Below are positions 42,701 through 52,803 of a stretch of 64,000 nt of DNA, one piece after another (position 1 is the stretch's first letter; every line of letters begins with the position of its first letter). Source of the stretch: a virus. The stretch spans positions 1 to 64,000 of IMG/VR virus record IMGVR_UViG_3300023174_004481. The stretch is one strand, 5' to 3'. The translations under genes were made by a program, and so were the position numbers. The notes below the pieces were generated by a model. It searched no databases, was not told the origin of the DNA, and was given only the letters and a program-made list of their open reading frames with translations.

Positions 42701-45700
42701 TAAATATCTATTTGTTCCAAATTGACTAGATCTAGCATTAATATCATTTCTTCTTAATGATTCCAAACCACCACCAAAGGATATAGTTTGTAAATCTTTT
42801 GTGAATTGTATTCTTTGTTGGATTTCTTTTAATCTAATTTCTTTTTCAGCACTAAAAATATCTTGTAGTTGTTTTAATCTAGCTTGAGATTCTGGCAATT
42901 CTTTATATTGAGTTCTTGTAAGTGAATTTATTAATGACTGAGCAGCCTGAACTGTTTCTTTTCCATATTTTGCTGATCCATCTGCATATTCTTTTAATTG
43001 ACCAATTAATCCATTCAAATATTCATTTACTTGATCTAAAGGAATATTTTGTATTTGATCTGATGCATTTTTTACAACTCCAGCAAAAGCTTTTGTTCCA
43101 GCATCATTTTTACCAGCTAATCCAGATAATGTTTCTCCAAAAAGATTTGGACCTAATTTTTCTCTTATGCTTCTATTTTCTTGTAATAAATCTGCTTGAT
43201 ATTTTAAATTAGCTTCTGCTTCGTTTAATTGTGATTCTATATTAATATTACTAAATTCACCAAAAAATAATTTAGCATTTTCTAGCAAACTATTTTTTCC
43301 GCTTTGTAATTTTTTAAGATTAATTTGCACTTCGGTTTCTGCATTTGTAAAATTAAGATTTGTTTCGGTTATTGATTTAGTTATGTTATTTAAATACCCA
43401 TCTATAACATTTGTAAAAGCTTGAGCTTCGTTTTCGTTTTTTAAAGCTGCTGCAGTTGTACTCAAACCAGCAGATCTACCCTTTATTGATTGTATAATTA
43501 ATTCTGGATTTTTTCTTAATTGATTAGCTTGTTCTAATGCTGCTCCATAATTTCCAGATTTTAATCCAGCCTCTTCTATTTGTCTTGCGGTCGATTCTGC
43601 AATAGCTTGTAATTTTTTAGGATCTTTTATGAATTCTTCTACTAAATTTTTATATCTTTCAGAATATTGATCTATTGTTTCGCCAGCTTTTTGATCTGCA
43701 ATATAAAATTCATCAAATTGTTTGGAAACTAAATCTGATATCGTTGTTAATTGTCCACTAAATTTTCCTACTGCTACAGTTCCTGTAGTTGCATTTAAAG
43801 CTCCTGGTTTTACTCTTCCTTCTGCTCCTTGAAGTCCAATTGTCCTAGCCATAGCTTCTTGTAAAGTTTCTGGCGCTTTATATGTAGCATATGCAGTTTG
43901 ATATTCTAATTGTTTTTGTTCTTGTTGTCTTACTTCTAAGGCTTCGGTTTGTATTGATTGAATTTTCAACGTATCACCTTTACCATATGCACCTATTAAA
44001 TCTTGTCTTAAATTTTCTGGTATACTAGCTAATGTTGATCCTAATTTTTGTTGTAATTTTCCTATATCATTTGCACTTAATCCAGCACTATTTCTTAATT
44101 TGTCTGTTATGGCATTAAATTGAGAAAATGAATCGTTTAATTTATTAAGATCTTCTTGAGATTGCTCTAAACGTTTTTTAAATTTATCAATTCCTTCTTG
44201 ATTCGCTGCTTTATCTAAATCATTTAAAGTAGTAATTAATCCTACTAATCCGCCAATAATCGCTCCAGGCAATCCTCCAACAGCTGCTCCAGTAGCCGTA
44301 AAACTAGCTGCATTAGAAAGCCCAGAAATTGCTGCTCGTGTTCGCACATTTTCTTCTGGAATAAATTGTTGCGCGACTCCACCAGCTATTGGTATACCTA
44401 TAGATGCAGCTAACGCACTACTTTGTAGTCGATCTTTGAATGCGTAATTAGGTATATATCCTTTTGCTGCTCCAGATATTCTTGCTGAATTTAGATCTTT
44501 AAATCTAGCAATGCCTTGACTTAAACCAGCTGGTTCATCTTTTGTATTATAAATTCCTAATCCCATTGGATTTTGTGAATTAGATAATCTTGAATCTTGA
44601 CCAACTCTTACGGAACCTGGTGATACTCCAGCAGAAATTTCTCTTGCAATTGATTGCATTAATGGAGAATAATTTGGTATAAAGCCAGAAGATTTATTTA
44701 CATTATTACTTTTAACAAATTGTTTAACTGAAGCTTGACGATTAGCTAAATCCTTTTCATTTCCACTAAATATTTCTTTTCCTAAAACTCCAGATGCAGA
44801 TATAATTTTTTCTGCCATACTTTTTCTATTACCAGCACTACTATCATTAATTTTAAAATCTGCTAATGGAGTATTGTAACCAAACAATTTTTTAAGTTCT
44901 GGATTAGAGGATAAAACGTCAAAATTTACTCCCTCTACAGCTGCACTTTCTGCTCCAAGTGCAAGCCCCATTCCAACTTCAAATGCTGCTCCAGCTGCAG
45001 CACCTAAAGCTCCAGCAGCACCAGGAGTTCTTTTAATTGCAGATATAACGCTTGGTCCATTAGGTACGGAGGCTGGTGGTTTAATTGAAGAAGCGTATTT
45101 TATTGTGCCAGTTGCAACACCTTTTTCAATTTCTTGATAAACATCTCTGATTCCAGTTTCAGATCTTGAACCATAAGTACGAACTGGCCATTTTACAGTA
45201 AGTCCATTATCAAAAGTATATGATCCAACTGGAGAAGTCAATCCTCCATGAGGAACTAACATTGTAGCTATACCATTTGCATCTAATACAGATGTTGTTT
45301 TAACTTTTGCTGCTAATGCTTTTTTAATTTCGGATTGACTTGCGGTTAATCCAGTTTCTCCTATTGCAAATTTTTTAGTATTACCAATTCTTTGTAAATT
45401 ATTTTCATTCGCTCTTATTACTTCATTTGAAGCCGTAGCAAAATTTGGTATATATCCCATTGCTGCATATGGATTAAATCCTAATTTTTTTTCAAAAGCT
45501 TCTGCGTAATTTCTTCCAGCGCTACTACCTTCAGGAGGCATAATTGCTGGTTGAGACATTCCAGCAAATTGTTTAACTTGTTCTGCTTTATTATAAACAA
45601 TCTGACCTTCTCCAGGAATATTCATTTTTGATACTGAACCAGGTTTATAGCCGCCAAGATAAGCGCCGTAAACTTCTGCTTGTTCTGAAGAAGAAAAATT

Positions 45701-47329
45701 AGGAATAAATCCACTACTTTTTGCTGTGATTTTTCCTCCAGTAGAAGTTACTCCTCTGCCAATTAAATTTGTTGTTAAAGTTGCTGAAATTGCTGCGGAT
45801 TGCTGTCTAGCTGTAGTTTGCGCTCTTATTACTGATAAAATTTGATTTTCTACTTCTAATAAACTTAATTCTTTACTTAAAATTCCTTGAATAAGATTTG
45901 GATTTTGAGCAAGAATTGAATTAATTCTTTCTTGAATTTGTGCTTGTTGTTGAGATCCTTTGTTTAATTCTAAAATTTGACCTACTGCTTGTGTACTAAA
46001 TTTAGCTAAATTAATAAATAATTTTCCTACGACTGCTCCAATCAACGCTAATCCTGGTCCACTTATATAATTTCCTAAACCTTCTAAAAATCCTTTAGCA
46101 ATTTTTTCTCCTGGTCCTTTTGCATCAGATAAACTAAATGATTCTAATGCTGTGTTAATATTTCCAAGAACATTTTCAATCGCAGGAGCTAAAGTCAAGC
46201 CGCCAACTTCAGCACCTAATTTTGTAAAATTTGCTAATGTTTTATTTATTAAAGCAGATAAAGTTTGATTTAATTGTTCATTTCTTTTTACTGCTGCATC
46301 TGTAGCTCCACTGCTTGTATTTAATGCACTATTATAAGTAGAATATTCCTTACTTAAATCTCCTAATGCGGCTTTTAAAATATTGATTTGAAAAACTCCA
46401 CCAACTAATTCAGCTACATTTGCTCTTTGTGAATCAGATAATCCATCAAATCTTTGAGACAATTGAGTTAAAGTATCTATCGCTGGACGAAAACTACCAT
46501 CTAAATTTCTAACTTGTAAACCTAATTGTTCTAATTGATCTAAAACTTCTGTTCTTTCTAGTCTTGTAAAAATTGTTTTTAAAGAGTTTCCAATTACAGC
46601 TCCACCTCTAGCGGTAGTTTGCTGTACGCTAGTGATTAATGCAATCAATTGATCAAAATTAACTCCCACACTTTCGGCAGATGATCCTACTCGTTGAATT
46701 GCTTGAGCAAGATCTCCACTACTAACAGCAAAAGCTGCGTCAACTGTTGCTAATTTATTAACAATTTCAGTTGAATCTAAAGCAGCTTTATTAAAACTAT
46801 TAATTGTCGCAGTAAGGGCTTCTGTACTAGATACAACATCCAATCCACTTAATCTAGTTAAAATTAGTGCATCTCTTGTTCTTTTTAAAGTTTCTTCTAC
46901 TCCAAGACCTTGACGAGAGAATTCAACGGCAGCTTGAGATACAGCTTCAAAACTTTGTCCAGTTTGTCCTGCTACTTTAAATAATTGATCTCCAAAACTT
47001 GTAAGATTTTTAGAACTTAAACCTAATATACTATTAATATCTGTTAGATTTTTTTGTACATTAATTGTTGTTCTTATTAAATTTTCAAAACCTTTTTGAA
47101 TTGCAAAAATAGCGCCAGCAGAAGCACCGAATGCAAGAACACGAGCATTAGATGCGTCTAATGATTTTTTAAATTCATCTACTGCACCAGTAATTCTCCC
47201 AAGAGGTTGAGAAAAGGCTTTTTCGTTTAATCCCTTTAATTGGTAATTTTTATTAAGCGCATTAGATATATCCCTTTCAAGGGGTCTTGTATCTGCACCA
47301 ATTGGAATTGAGCCTACTACATTTGCCAT
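39704..47329 (-). CDS. Tail tape measure protein (2541 aa)
   Basis: TP901-type core (AAVEFSRQG, DLAQAIQRVGS, IGNSLKTIF), long helical Ala/Gln-rich region, repeated GG...D.VPAML..GEYV.N motifs. Confidence 0.92.
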   Translation of the reverse strand: MANVVGSIPIGADTRPLERDISNALNKNYQLKGLNEKAFSQPLGRITGAVDEFKKSLDASNARVLAFGASAGAIFAIQKGFENLIRTTINVQKNLTDINSILGLSSKNLTSFGDQLFKVAGQTGQSFEAVSQAAVEFSRQGLGVEETLKRTRDALILTRLSGLDVVSSTEALTATINSFNKAALDSTEIVNKLATVDAAFAVSSGDLAQAIQRVGSSAESVGVNFDQLIALITSVQQTTARGGAVIGNSLKTIFTRLERTEVLDQLEQLGLQVRNLDGSFRPAIDTLTQLSQRFDGLSDSQRANVAELVGGVFQINILKAALGDLSKEYSTYNSALNTSSGATDAAVKRNEQLNQTLSALINKTLANFTKLGAEVGGLTLAPAIENVLGNINTALESFSLSDAKGPGEKIAKGFLEGLGNYISGPGLALIGAVVGKLFINLAKFSTQAVGQILELNKGSQQQAQIQERINSILAQNPNLIQGILSKELSLLEVENQILSVIRAQTTARQQSAAISATLTTNLIGRGVTSTGGKITAKSSGFIPNFSSSEQAEVYGAYLGGYKPGSVSKMNIPGEGQIVYNKAEQVKQFAGMSQPAIMPPEGSSAGRNYAEAFEKKLGFNPYAAMGYIPNFATASNEVIRANENNLQRIGNTKKFAIGETGLTASQSEIKKALAAKVKTTSVLDANGIATMLVPHGGLTSPVGSYTFDNGLTVKWPVRTYGSRSETGIRDVYQEIEKGVATGTIKYASSIKPPASVPNGPSVISAIKRTPGAAGALGAAAGAAFEVGMGLALGAESAAVEGVNFDVLSSNPELKKLFGYNTPLADFKINDSSAGNRKSMAEKIISASGVLGKEIFSGNEKDLANRQASVKQFVKSNNVNKSSGFIPNYSPLMQSIAREISAGVSPGSVRVGQDSRLSNSQNPMGLGIYNTKDEPAGLSQGIARFKDLNSARISGAAKGYIPNYAFKDRLQSSALAASIGIPIAGGVAQQFIPEENVRTRAAISGLSNAASFTATGAAVGGLPGAIIGGLVGLITTLNDLDKAANQEGIDKFKKRLEQSQEDLNKLNDSFSQFNAITDKLRNSAGLSANDIGKLQQKLGSTLASIPENLRQDLIGAYGKGDTLKIQSIQTEALEVRQQEQKQLEYQTAYATYKAPETLQEAMARTIGLQGAEGRVKPGALNATTGTVAVGKFSGQLTTISDLVSKQFDEFYIADQKAGETIDQYSERYKNLVEEFIKDPKKLQAIAESTARQIEEAGLKSGNYGAALEQANQLRKNPELIIQSIKGRSAGLSTTAAALKNENEAQAFTNVIDGYLNNITKSITETNLNFTNAETEVQINLKKLQSGKNSLLENAKLFFGEFSNINIESQLNEAEANLKYQADLLQENRSIREKLGPNLFGETLSGLAGKNDAGTKAFAGVVKNASDQIQNIPLDQVNEYLNGLIGQLKEYADGSAKYGKETVQAAQSLINSLTRTQYKELPESQARLKQLQDIFSAEKEIRLKEIQQRIQFTKDLQTISFGGGLESLRRNDINARSSQFGTNRYLYGSQNPTTRGRGALGMYDELKQFGVGPQTVNPELRKAIIEGQSQNLLQLSKTFGININQKDATDIATKQFESLNKTEINIETIKTKIEDITTNGIELGNNTLNTIAPNGKPGGQGGGSTSLLQQLTGSTKPLSQEAQASLDQTIKQVVAEQEGNRINQNIQSQLNGGTNIDAGEAKMKAQDLVSLAKQQVEQIKQKYAGEEANSELAKEYVQQYDAIVRNVQNYNAGLSISNEYQKNLESTLSRLESGEINILQARIELNRALEESNTQSERANELEKIRVEHAKDLKDLADGYLSSTEYANKELERQQGLARRPGYNSVEGITTNFVNSMSYNGTQLFQDLNQSATDVARNIQDSFSNALMGFANSTQSAGDAFNDFAVQVLQQVQQISTQIATKLLFGGIFNQFQGLLGGGGGGGLGSLFGFSRGGLVKGYASGGYVKDGSGMVDDVPAMLSKGEYVLNKRAVRSVQQAYGMGFLESLNVGSTKGMADGGGISKNFDNKYVVTGYENTAGLNTKDLAGGIRAEEDYLNQLKGQSVTDPNLSNYALSDPTSRKNEERMQTEQDFYDYVSYIQDNLMQNKMSYVQARSAYEEALNAYNQRKSNLITSGYINAAMAIGGGLLGSMGGGGLGSLFGGGGGGLSSLFGGGGGASAYALPGGMGGTTSALGSNYGAITSLYGGAGGTSGGGLGSLLSSKNLPTLGLLAAGGIGSPFLQNALQSSNRPAYNTVSNTRSNGLEVSNRFRFADGGQAGDDIPALLMNGEYVVNKEAVKKYGSGFFEKLNKGSVNKFAKGGQVGSTQISTVNEDPSNYLIEAINNLTTVIQTTNTNNQLNKNPENVNSTQITNIEASKVNEENITTLNGILNKLNEMTPTKDKNSNTIFNEKNIEYTKINQEENNTLPSLISALTDLNTNLSEKKSSEGMVNNINISVNVEADNKVAQNQNSSSSGSGDDDSNDSTGNRESSQKYKALTELIKTNVITTIIEQKRPGGLLNKNSPI

Positions 47330-47366
47330 CCTTATACCTCTTTCCTGTGATAAATTACACTAAATA

Positions 47367-48356
47367 TTAAGCATTATGTAATTTTATGAGGTCTTGGAAT
47401 GATAATGATCCGCCTTTCTTTTCTGCTTCTTTTACTAAGCTTATTCCGTCTTTATTTTCTATACCCATTCTTTTTAGATCCTTATCAGAAGCACCAACTA
47501 CAGATGAACCCAGTACATCTTCTTTTTTAGTATTAGCTACTGTTTTATTTGCATTTCTGGATCCTTCATACCAATCAATCAATGCTTCTGGATCACTAAG
47601 CACATTTTCTGGTGGTTTTGTTGTACTGTTACTAATAATATTTTTAAAGAATTTAGCACACGAAAATAATTCAGTTTGTACAAATGTTAGATTCACAATA
47701 GGTTTACCGAAAAATATATATGGATCATCTTCGCATAAATAAAATGAATTTAAAAAGAAGTTAGATAATGCAATTTTCTTTATATTTTTATCATTTAATT
47801 GAACCAAGCCAATACTATATTTTGTATATAATTCATATAGTTCTTTATATTCTAATTGCTCAAATTCTTGTTCTGTTAATAGTTTTTGCTTTAAATCTGT
47901 ATCTTTGTAAAGAGAGCAATAGACATAATATTCGTTAAGTTTTTTATTTGTATATGTCTCTAATGTTGTTCCTAATAATTCTTGTTTTTCAGTTAATATA
48001 TCATTTAATATTTTATTATTTTCTTTAATTTGACTATTGATCTGATCTATATCCCTAATTAATATTAATTTTGATTTTGTATAATTTAAGTCTTTTATAA
48101 ATTGGCTAATCTTCTTGATTTCCTCTTCTTTTGCGATAGACCAATTATCTTTTTCTATTAAATTCTTTATTTGAGTCTCTTCATCAAGAAGGCCCATTTT
48201 CCTAGCTTTATGCTCTATGGCTAGTTTTTTGGTGTTTATTACATTTAAATCTTGCAAACCAAAGTGTTTTATATAAAATGATGATGTATCGTCGGTATAA
48301 AACGAATAACCGTTTAATATATCATGATAAAGTAATTTATATTCCTCTTGGTTCAA
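47367..48356 (-). CDS. Hypothetical protein, probable tail assembly chaperone region
   Basis: Helical 329-aa ORF between tail tube and tape measure; positional inference. Confidence 0.5.
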   Translation of the reverse strand: MNQEEYKLLYHDILNGYSFYTDDTSSFYIKHFGLQDLNVINTKKLAIEHKARKMGLLDEETQIKNLIEKDNWSIAKEEEIKKISQFIKDLNYTKSKLILIRDIDQINSQIKENNKILNDILTEKQELLGTTLETYTNKKLNEYYVYCSLYKDTDLKQKLLTEQEFEQLEYKELYELYTKYSIGLVQLNDKNIKKIALSNFFLNSFYLCEDDPYIFFGKPIVNLTFVQTELFSCAKFFKNIISNSTTKPPENVLSDPEALIDWYEGSRNANKTVANTKKEDVLGSSVVGASDKDLKRMGIENKDGISLVKEAEKKGGSLSFQDLIKLHNA

Positions 48357-48358
48357 GA

Positions 48359-49099
48359 TTATACATTTTCAAAAGTTACCAATTTTTCGAATTCTTCTTG
48401 TGTGCTAGCTCTTCCCATATACCAAAAGCTAACATAAAAAGCAAACTTTTTAACAACAGTTTTTAACCATTCATCTTGATTATCTTCAATTCCATCATAA
48501 ATACTTAATCTCTCATCATATGATCCATCTCCAAAAATAGCAACTTCTTTTCCATCTTTATCTATCATATAAGATAAATGTAAAATCCACCATAAAATGG
48601 TTTTATTTCTGGCTCTATTTTCGGCAGTTTGATCAAATAAACTAGCTTGTGCAATTTCAAAATCTTGAATTTCAGTTCTTAGATTAATAATTTCTCCTGT
48701 TAATTTTTCAAAAATCTCTTGCTCTTCTGGAGTTCTTTCGCTCTTATCTTTAATCGATAATTTTTGAAATTCATTTTGCTTTTCAAAAAGTTTAATATAA
48801 AAATCTGCGTATTTCTCCTTATCTTTATCGCTTAATGCTCCACCATCATTAGAATATCTTTTAGACAAAAGAGATCTGGTTAAAAGTCCAGCTTTGATTC
48901 CTTCTGATAGTTTTACTGCGTAGAATAATTCTGCTTCTTCAAATAATCCCCTAGTAGGTTTTCTAATAAAGAAATTACGTTGTATAGTTTCTTTAGCTTT
49001 AGATGTAATTTTAATTTCTTTTCCATCCTCCATCTTAGATTCAATCTTATCTATTTCTTCTTCTTTTTTTACTATAAATTCATATATTTTTTTGTTCAT
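48359..49099 (-). CDS. Hypothetical protein, probable tail assembly chaperone
   Basis: FFIRKPTR motif, charged helical protein between tube and tape measure genes; positional inference. Confidence 0.5.
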   Translation of the reverse strand: MNKKIYEFIVKKEEEIDKIESKMEDGKEIKITSKAKETIQRNFFIRKPTRGLFEEAELFYAVKLSEGIKAGLLTRSLLSKRYSNDGGALSDKDKEKYADFYIKLFEKQNEFQKLSIKDKSERTPEEQEIFEKLTGEIINLRTEIQDFEIAQASLFDQTAENRARNKTILWWILHLSYMIDKDGKEVAIFGDGSYDERLSIYDGIEDNQDEWLKTVVKKFAFYVSFWYMGRASTQEEFEKLVTFENV

Positions 49100-49102
49100 A
49101 TT

Positions 49103-49357
49103 TTATACTCCTACTTTTAAAGATTCAATAAAGCCTTTAGTCTTTTTGTAATTAGCATTTCCACCAATTAATTTTATAAAGTTATTCTGCTTTTCTTCAT
49201 TCCAAGAATTATATTGATTTAAAAAATTTGGATTTCTAAATGTAATCAAAGAGGGATTTTTAATTCCTAGTTTGTTTAATTCTCTTTGTATTGTTTGCAT
49301 TTCCAAATTAGCTTGGATAATTGCATCAATAGGGAAGCTAATGTATTTATTTCTCAT
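49103..49357 (-). CDS. Hypothetical protein
   Basis: ORF track 49103..49390; ATG at 49357 gives a minimal overlap with the upstream gene. Confidence 0.55.
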   Translation of the reverse strand: MRNKYISFPIDAIIQANLEMQTIQRELNKLGIKNPSLITFRNPNFLNQYNSWNEEKQNNFIKLIGGNANYKKTKGFIESLKVGV

Positions 49358-49646
49358 TTTCATCTTTAAATTCCATTTTAATAAATTCAAAATTTTTCTC
49401 TATCTCTCTTATAGATTCATTTCCTATATCAAGTATTTTCTTTCTTAAGTAATTATATCTATTATCATCAAAATAATCTATATTTTTTAATGTATTTGAA
49501 TCAATTTTATTATTAAGCTTTTCTAGCATGGATTTATGATCTTCTTGAATATCTTCTATTAAATTAAGATATCTTTTATATAAATTAACTAAACTTTTAT
49601 GTATTTGAAAAGATACGTAATCTTTAACTTTATTATCGTTTTGCAT
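49347..49646 (-). CDS. Hypothetical protein
   Basis: 99-aa ORF preceded by GTGTAA (49685-49690) and AGG-rich leader. Confidence 0.6.
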   Translation of the reverse strand: MQNDNKVKDYVSFQIHKSLVNLYKRYLNLIEDIQEDHKSMLEKLNNKIDSNTLKNIDYFDDNRYNYLRKKILDIGNESIREIEKNFEFIKMEFKDENEK

Positions 49647-49691
49647 AACTTATACCTTTTGACCGACCTTTTACCTACATATGTTTACACT

Positions 49692-49717
49692 AAAAACCCC
49701 GCCGAAGCGGGGCTTTT
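49692..49717 (-). terminator. Rho-independent terminator after the major tail gene
   Basis: AAAAGCCCCGC-TTCG-GCGGGGTTTTT: GC stem, cUUCGg tetraloop, U tract. Confidence 0.9.
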
Positions 49718-49744
49718 AATATTAACAATTAATTATTAATTATA

Positions 49745-50842
49745 TTACGGTGCTGGAGCATCAATAAACAATCCCTTAGTAGTTTCACTTGGTCCGCCCA
49801 AGAATGCTGAGTATTGTAGTGAGATTGATTTATTTGCTCCGATTGAACTTGTGAATGATTGAGATGTTAGTTTTGCTCCTTTTAGAGTATATTTTAATGC
49901 CCTAGCTTGCTCGCCACCTTCGCAAGTTTTTGGAGATAACATATTGATTACTAGATCTGCATCTGCACAATCCGAAGCAATTACTGAAGCAAGATTTTCT
50001 GCTTCTAGTTCTCCGAGTACTGCGTTAATTGATGCAGTAACTGTTACTGGGAATGTGATTTCTCTTGAGAAAGCAAATCTATTTCCTAGCTTTTGGATTG
50101 GATCTCTTCCAAGATCAAAGCTAATTGTAAAATCTTGAATTTTTAGATCTTCCTCTACTACGCCTTTTGCACCAGAGAATGTTACTGTGATATCACCTGG
50201 TCTTAAAGCTGAAAATCCAGCTCCAGTTGTTAAACCAGAAATACCGAATTTTCCAGTAGCTTCACTGCCGTCTGCAGGATTAATTGCTGGTACATTTCCA
50301 GTAGTAGAATCATAAAATCTCATGTTCAAACCTTCGGCTGAAACTGAAACTGTTGGGAAACCTCCTACTGCAGCATTAATACTATAAGAAGTTAATCCTG
50401 CGTTTCCAATTCCAATAACTTTTCCATTTGTCATTACGTCTGTTTCATTTAAATTAGCGTCTGTTCCTTCTGGAGCAACTACGATATAATAATTTTTAAC
50501 ATCTTCGGCGTTTGCTCCGCCACTTAAAATATTTCTAAGAGCTGGCACTGTAGCATTGCCATCTGTTCCCAAAGCCAATCCTAGATTTGCTTCGTTTTCG
50601 CCAGAATTTGCATAGTAAGAAAAATCTAAACTAACTGTTGGAGCTTCGAGAATAACTTGATCAAGTGCGCCGATTTGACCAAATTGATTTACATTTTGTC
50701 TAGCGATATTAAAACTATAGTTTGCGCTTTGTACGCGGTTCAATTGTTTTGATTCACCATAAGCTGCGTTTACGCTACCAGCTCCTCCGCTTGGTCCTAC
50801 AAAAACTGCTTCTGATTGATAAATTACTCTTTTTCTTGACAT
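49745..50842 (-). CDS. Major tail tube protein
   Basis: Strong SD (AAGGAG), own terminator, Gly/Ala-rich beta protein located between neck genes and chaperone/tape measure genes. Confidence 0.7.
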   Translation of the reverse strand: MSRKRVIYQSEAVFVGPSGGAGSVNAAYGESKQLNRVQSANYSFNIARQNVNQFGQIGALDQVILEAPTVSLDFSYYANSGENEANLGLALGTDGNATVPALRNILSGGANAEDVKNYYIVVAPEGTDANLNETDVMTNGKVIGIGNAGLTSYSINAAVGGFPTVSVSAEGLNMRFYDSTTGNVPAINPADGSEATGKFGISGLTTGAGFSALRPGDITVTFSGAKGVVEEDLKIQDFTISFDLGRDPIQKLGNRFAFSREITFPVTVTASINAVLGELEAENLASVIASDCADADLVINMLSPKTCEGGEQARALKYTLKGAKLTSQSFTSSIGANKSISLQYSAFLGGPSETTKGLFIDAPAP

Positions 50843-50902
50843 ATAAAAATTCTCCTTAAGTTATACTGTTTATTACATTGTTTTTAAAGCAAAGAGAAAT
50901 AA

Positions 50903-51757
50903 TTATGCATGTGGATATCTGAAATCTGATAGTTCAAAATCCACAAAAGCACTGAATATTTCTGGATTAACGTTATTTTGATATTCATACCTATATGGTA
51001 TGATTTTGCTAACATTGACAGTTTTAACATAGATTAAATTTGGATTAACTATACCAGAAACAAGATTAATATAATTAAAATTATTATTCTTGGTTATACC
51101 ATAATTATCAAAAGGCATATTGCTTTGTGATATTAAAGGCATATTTTTTCTGGCTGTATCTCTTAAAATGGAGCAAACTGCGTCCAAAGAGAACAAATTA
51201 TCTGCCATTACTATTGCTCTTACTTGTAATAAAGTCTCATCTTGACCACCTAAAGCGAATGGTTTATTTTGACCACCATTGTTTTTTAAAAATATAGCTG
51301 GATAAGTTAATGCCGAAGTAGATATTCCAGTAGGATTTTGTGTTACTTTAGGGTTAATTTCAAATTTTGTTTCAAATATTAATTGTTCTTCAGCTAAACT
51401 AGTTAAATATATATTAAAATCTTTAACAGCGTAATTACCACTTATTCCGCTACCAGCTGGATCAGAAGAAAAGAATGCATATCCTACATTTGGATTAATA
51501 CCAGAAAATCCACTAGTTCCTGGATTTATATATGCACCATTCAAATATATGCCAGACATTAAATTAGCACCAGTAATAGATGAGTCTGCTACTACTTGTT
51601 TAAATGGTAAACTATAAGTATAAAATCCATTAACCAAACTATCAACAGGATAAAAATTACCAGAATAATTAGTAAAAGCTTCACCTTTAGATAATATTTG
51701 ATTATCCAACCAAAGCAGCATATTTGACATTACTATATTATCAACTTGAGGTTTCAT
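50903..51757 (-). CDS. Putative tail terminator/completion protein
   Basis: Directly upstream of the tube gene; YPAIFL and PFALGG...VRAIV pattern. Positional inference. Confidence 0.5.
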   Translation of the reverse strand: MKPQVDNIVMSNMLLWLDNQILSKGEAFTNYSGNFYPVDSLVNGFYTYSLPFKQVVADSSITGANLMSGIYLNGAYINPGTSGFSGINPNVGYAFFSSDPAGSGISGNYAVKDFNIYLTSLAEEQLIFETKFEINPKVTQNPTGISTSALTYPAIFLKNNGGQNKPFALGGQDETLLQVRAIVMADNLFSLDAVCSILRDTARKNMPLISQSNMPFDNYGITKNNNFNYINLVSGIVNPNLIYVKTVNVSKIIPYRYEYQNNVNPEIFSAFVDFELSDFRYPHA

Positions 51758-52350
51758 CTTTTGATTTTGGTATAAAATTTATTCATTATCTCGCTCATAT
51801 ATGATATAGGTCTAAAGTCTCCTTGTCTAAATGATCTTCTTCCTTGTAAGCCTTTTCCAGATCTACTATTTTTAAACATTCTGCCGTAAATATATGCTCC
51901 AAATCCAGAGATGCCGTTTTCTATTCCTTTAATCCAACTGTTTCCTTGTTCAAATGGCAAAGATCCAACTGATTCAATTTCTTCAATTGAAGGAGCGACA
52001 ACATCAAATTCAAAAGATAAATTAAGATCATTATTAGAAGCTTTTACTTTAGGATTTAAAGTTACAGTATTTAATTTATCTCTTACCACTTCTGTTGGAT
52101 TAGATCCTTCTTGAAATCCTATATAAGTTGTTAAATTTCCAACTCCATTTAAAGTTTGTGAAATATTTTCTGAATCAGCGCCAGCTTCTAATTCTTTAGT
52201 AACAGGATGATCATTATAATCTTCTAAAAGTTCTTGTTTTATTTTACTAATTTCTTTTTGAGCTTGCTTTAGCGCTTGCTCTTTTAACGAGGAAAGATCA
52301 AAAGATTTTAATTCTTTTAATAAAACTGATTTGTTTATAGTCACAGACAT
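51754..52350 (-). CDS. Putative neck/tail completion protein
   Basis: Position in the head-tail joining cluster; basic C-terminus. Confidence 0.45.
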   Translation of the reverse strand: MSVTINKSVLLKELKSFDLSSLKEQALKQAQKEISKIKQELLEDYNDHPVTKELEAGADSENISQTLNGVGNLTTYIGFQEGSNPTEVVRDKLNTVTLNPKVKASNNDLNLSFEFDVVAPSIEEIESVGSLPFEQGNSWIKGIENGISGFGAYIYGRMFKNSRSGKGLQGRRSFRQGDFRPISYMSEIMNKFYTKIKR

Positions 52351-52799
52351 TATGTTATCTCCTTGATGATAAATTCATAATATTGTTTTGTAAAATAATA
52401 TTTTACTGTTCCGCTAGATATAACATTAAAAGATTTTCCATCAAATACAATTTTTTCTGTTTTTTCTTTTGCTATGTAATCTTTAGCAGCAGAATCTACA
52501 ATCATCGTTACATAATTTTGACTTGCAACATAAGCGTTGATATCTGCTATTAAATTTAAATCTTGATTGTTGTTATATTTTACAACAGCATAAAAATCTT
52601 GACTTCGTGGAATGTATTCTACTTGCTGAGAAGTTGCTTGTCCATTTTGACCATAACCAAATAGTTGAGTATCTATATTATTTTTAATTTTTTTAATTGG
52701 CTCTTTATGGACTGTGATTAGTCTTTTAAAAGTATCAAACCATTGGGTTGCTGATTCAGAAAACCAAGCTTCATCATTTGCTGATATAAAGCTTGCCAT
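52350..52799 (-). CDS. Putative head-closure protein
   Basis: 149 aa, IVFDGKSFNV strand typical of stopper proteins; position. Confidence 0.45.
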   Translation of the reverse strand: MASFISANDEAWFSESATQWFDTFKRLITVHKEPIKKIKNNIDTQLFGYGQNGQATSQQVEYIPRSQDFYAVVKYNNNQDLNLIADINAYVASQNYVTMIVDSAAKDYIAKEKTEKIVFDGKSFNVISSGTVKYYFTKQYYEFIIKEIT

Positions 52800-52803
52800 A
52801 AGT

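Noticed and set aside
48350-48400. Programmed -1 frameshift between tail chaperone genes
   Set aside because: No XXXYYYZ heptamer, and the -1 frame has a TGA only five codons before the TTG start.
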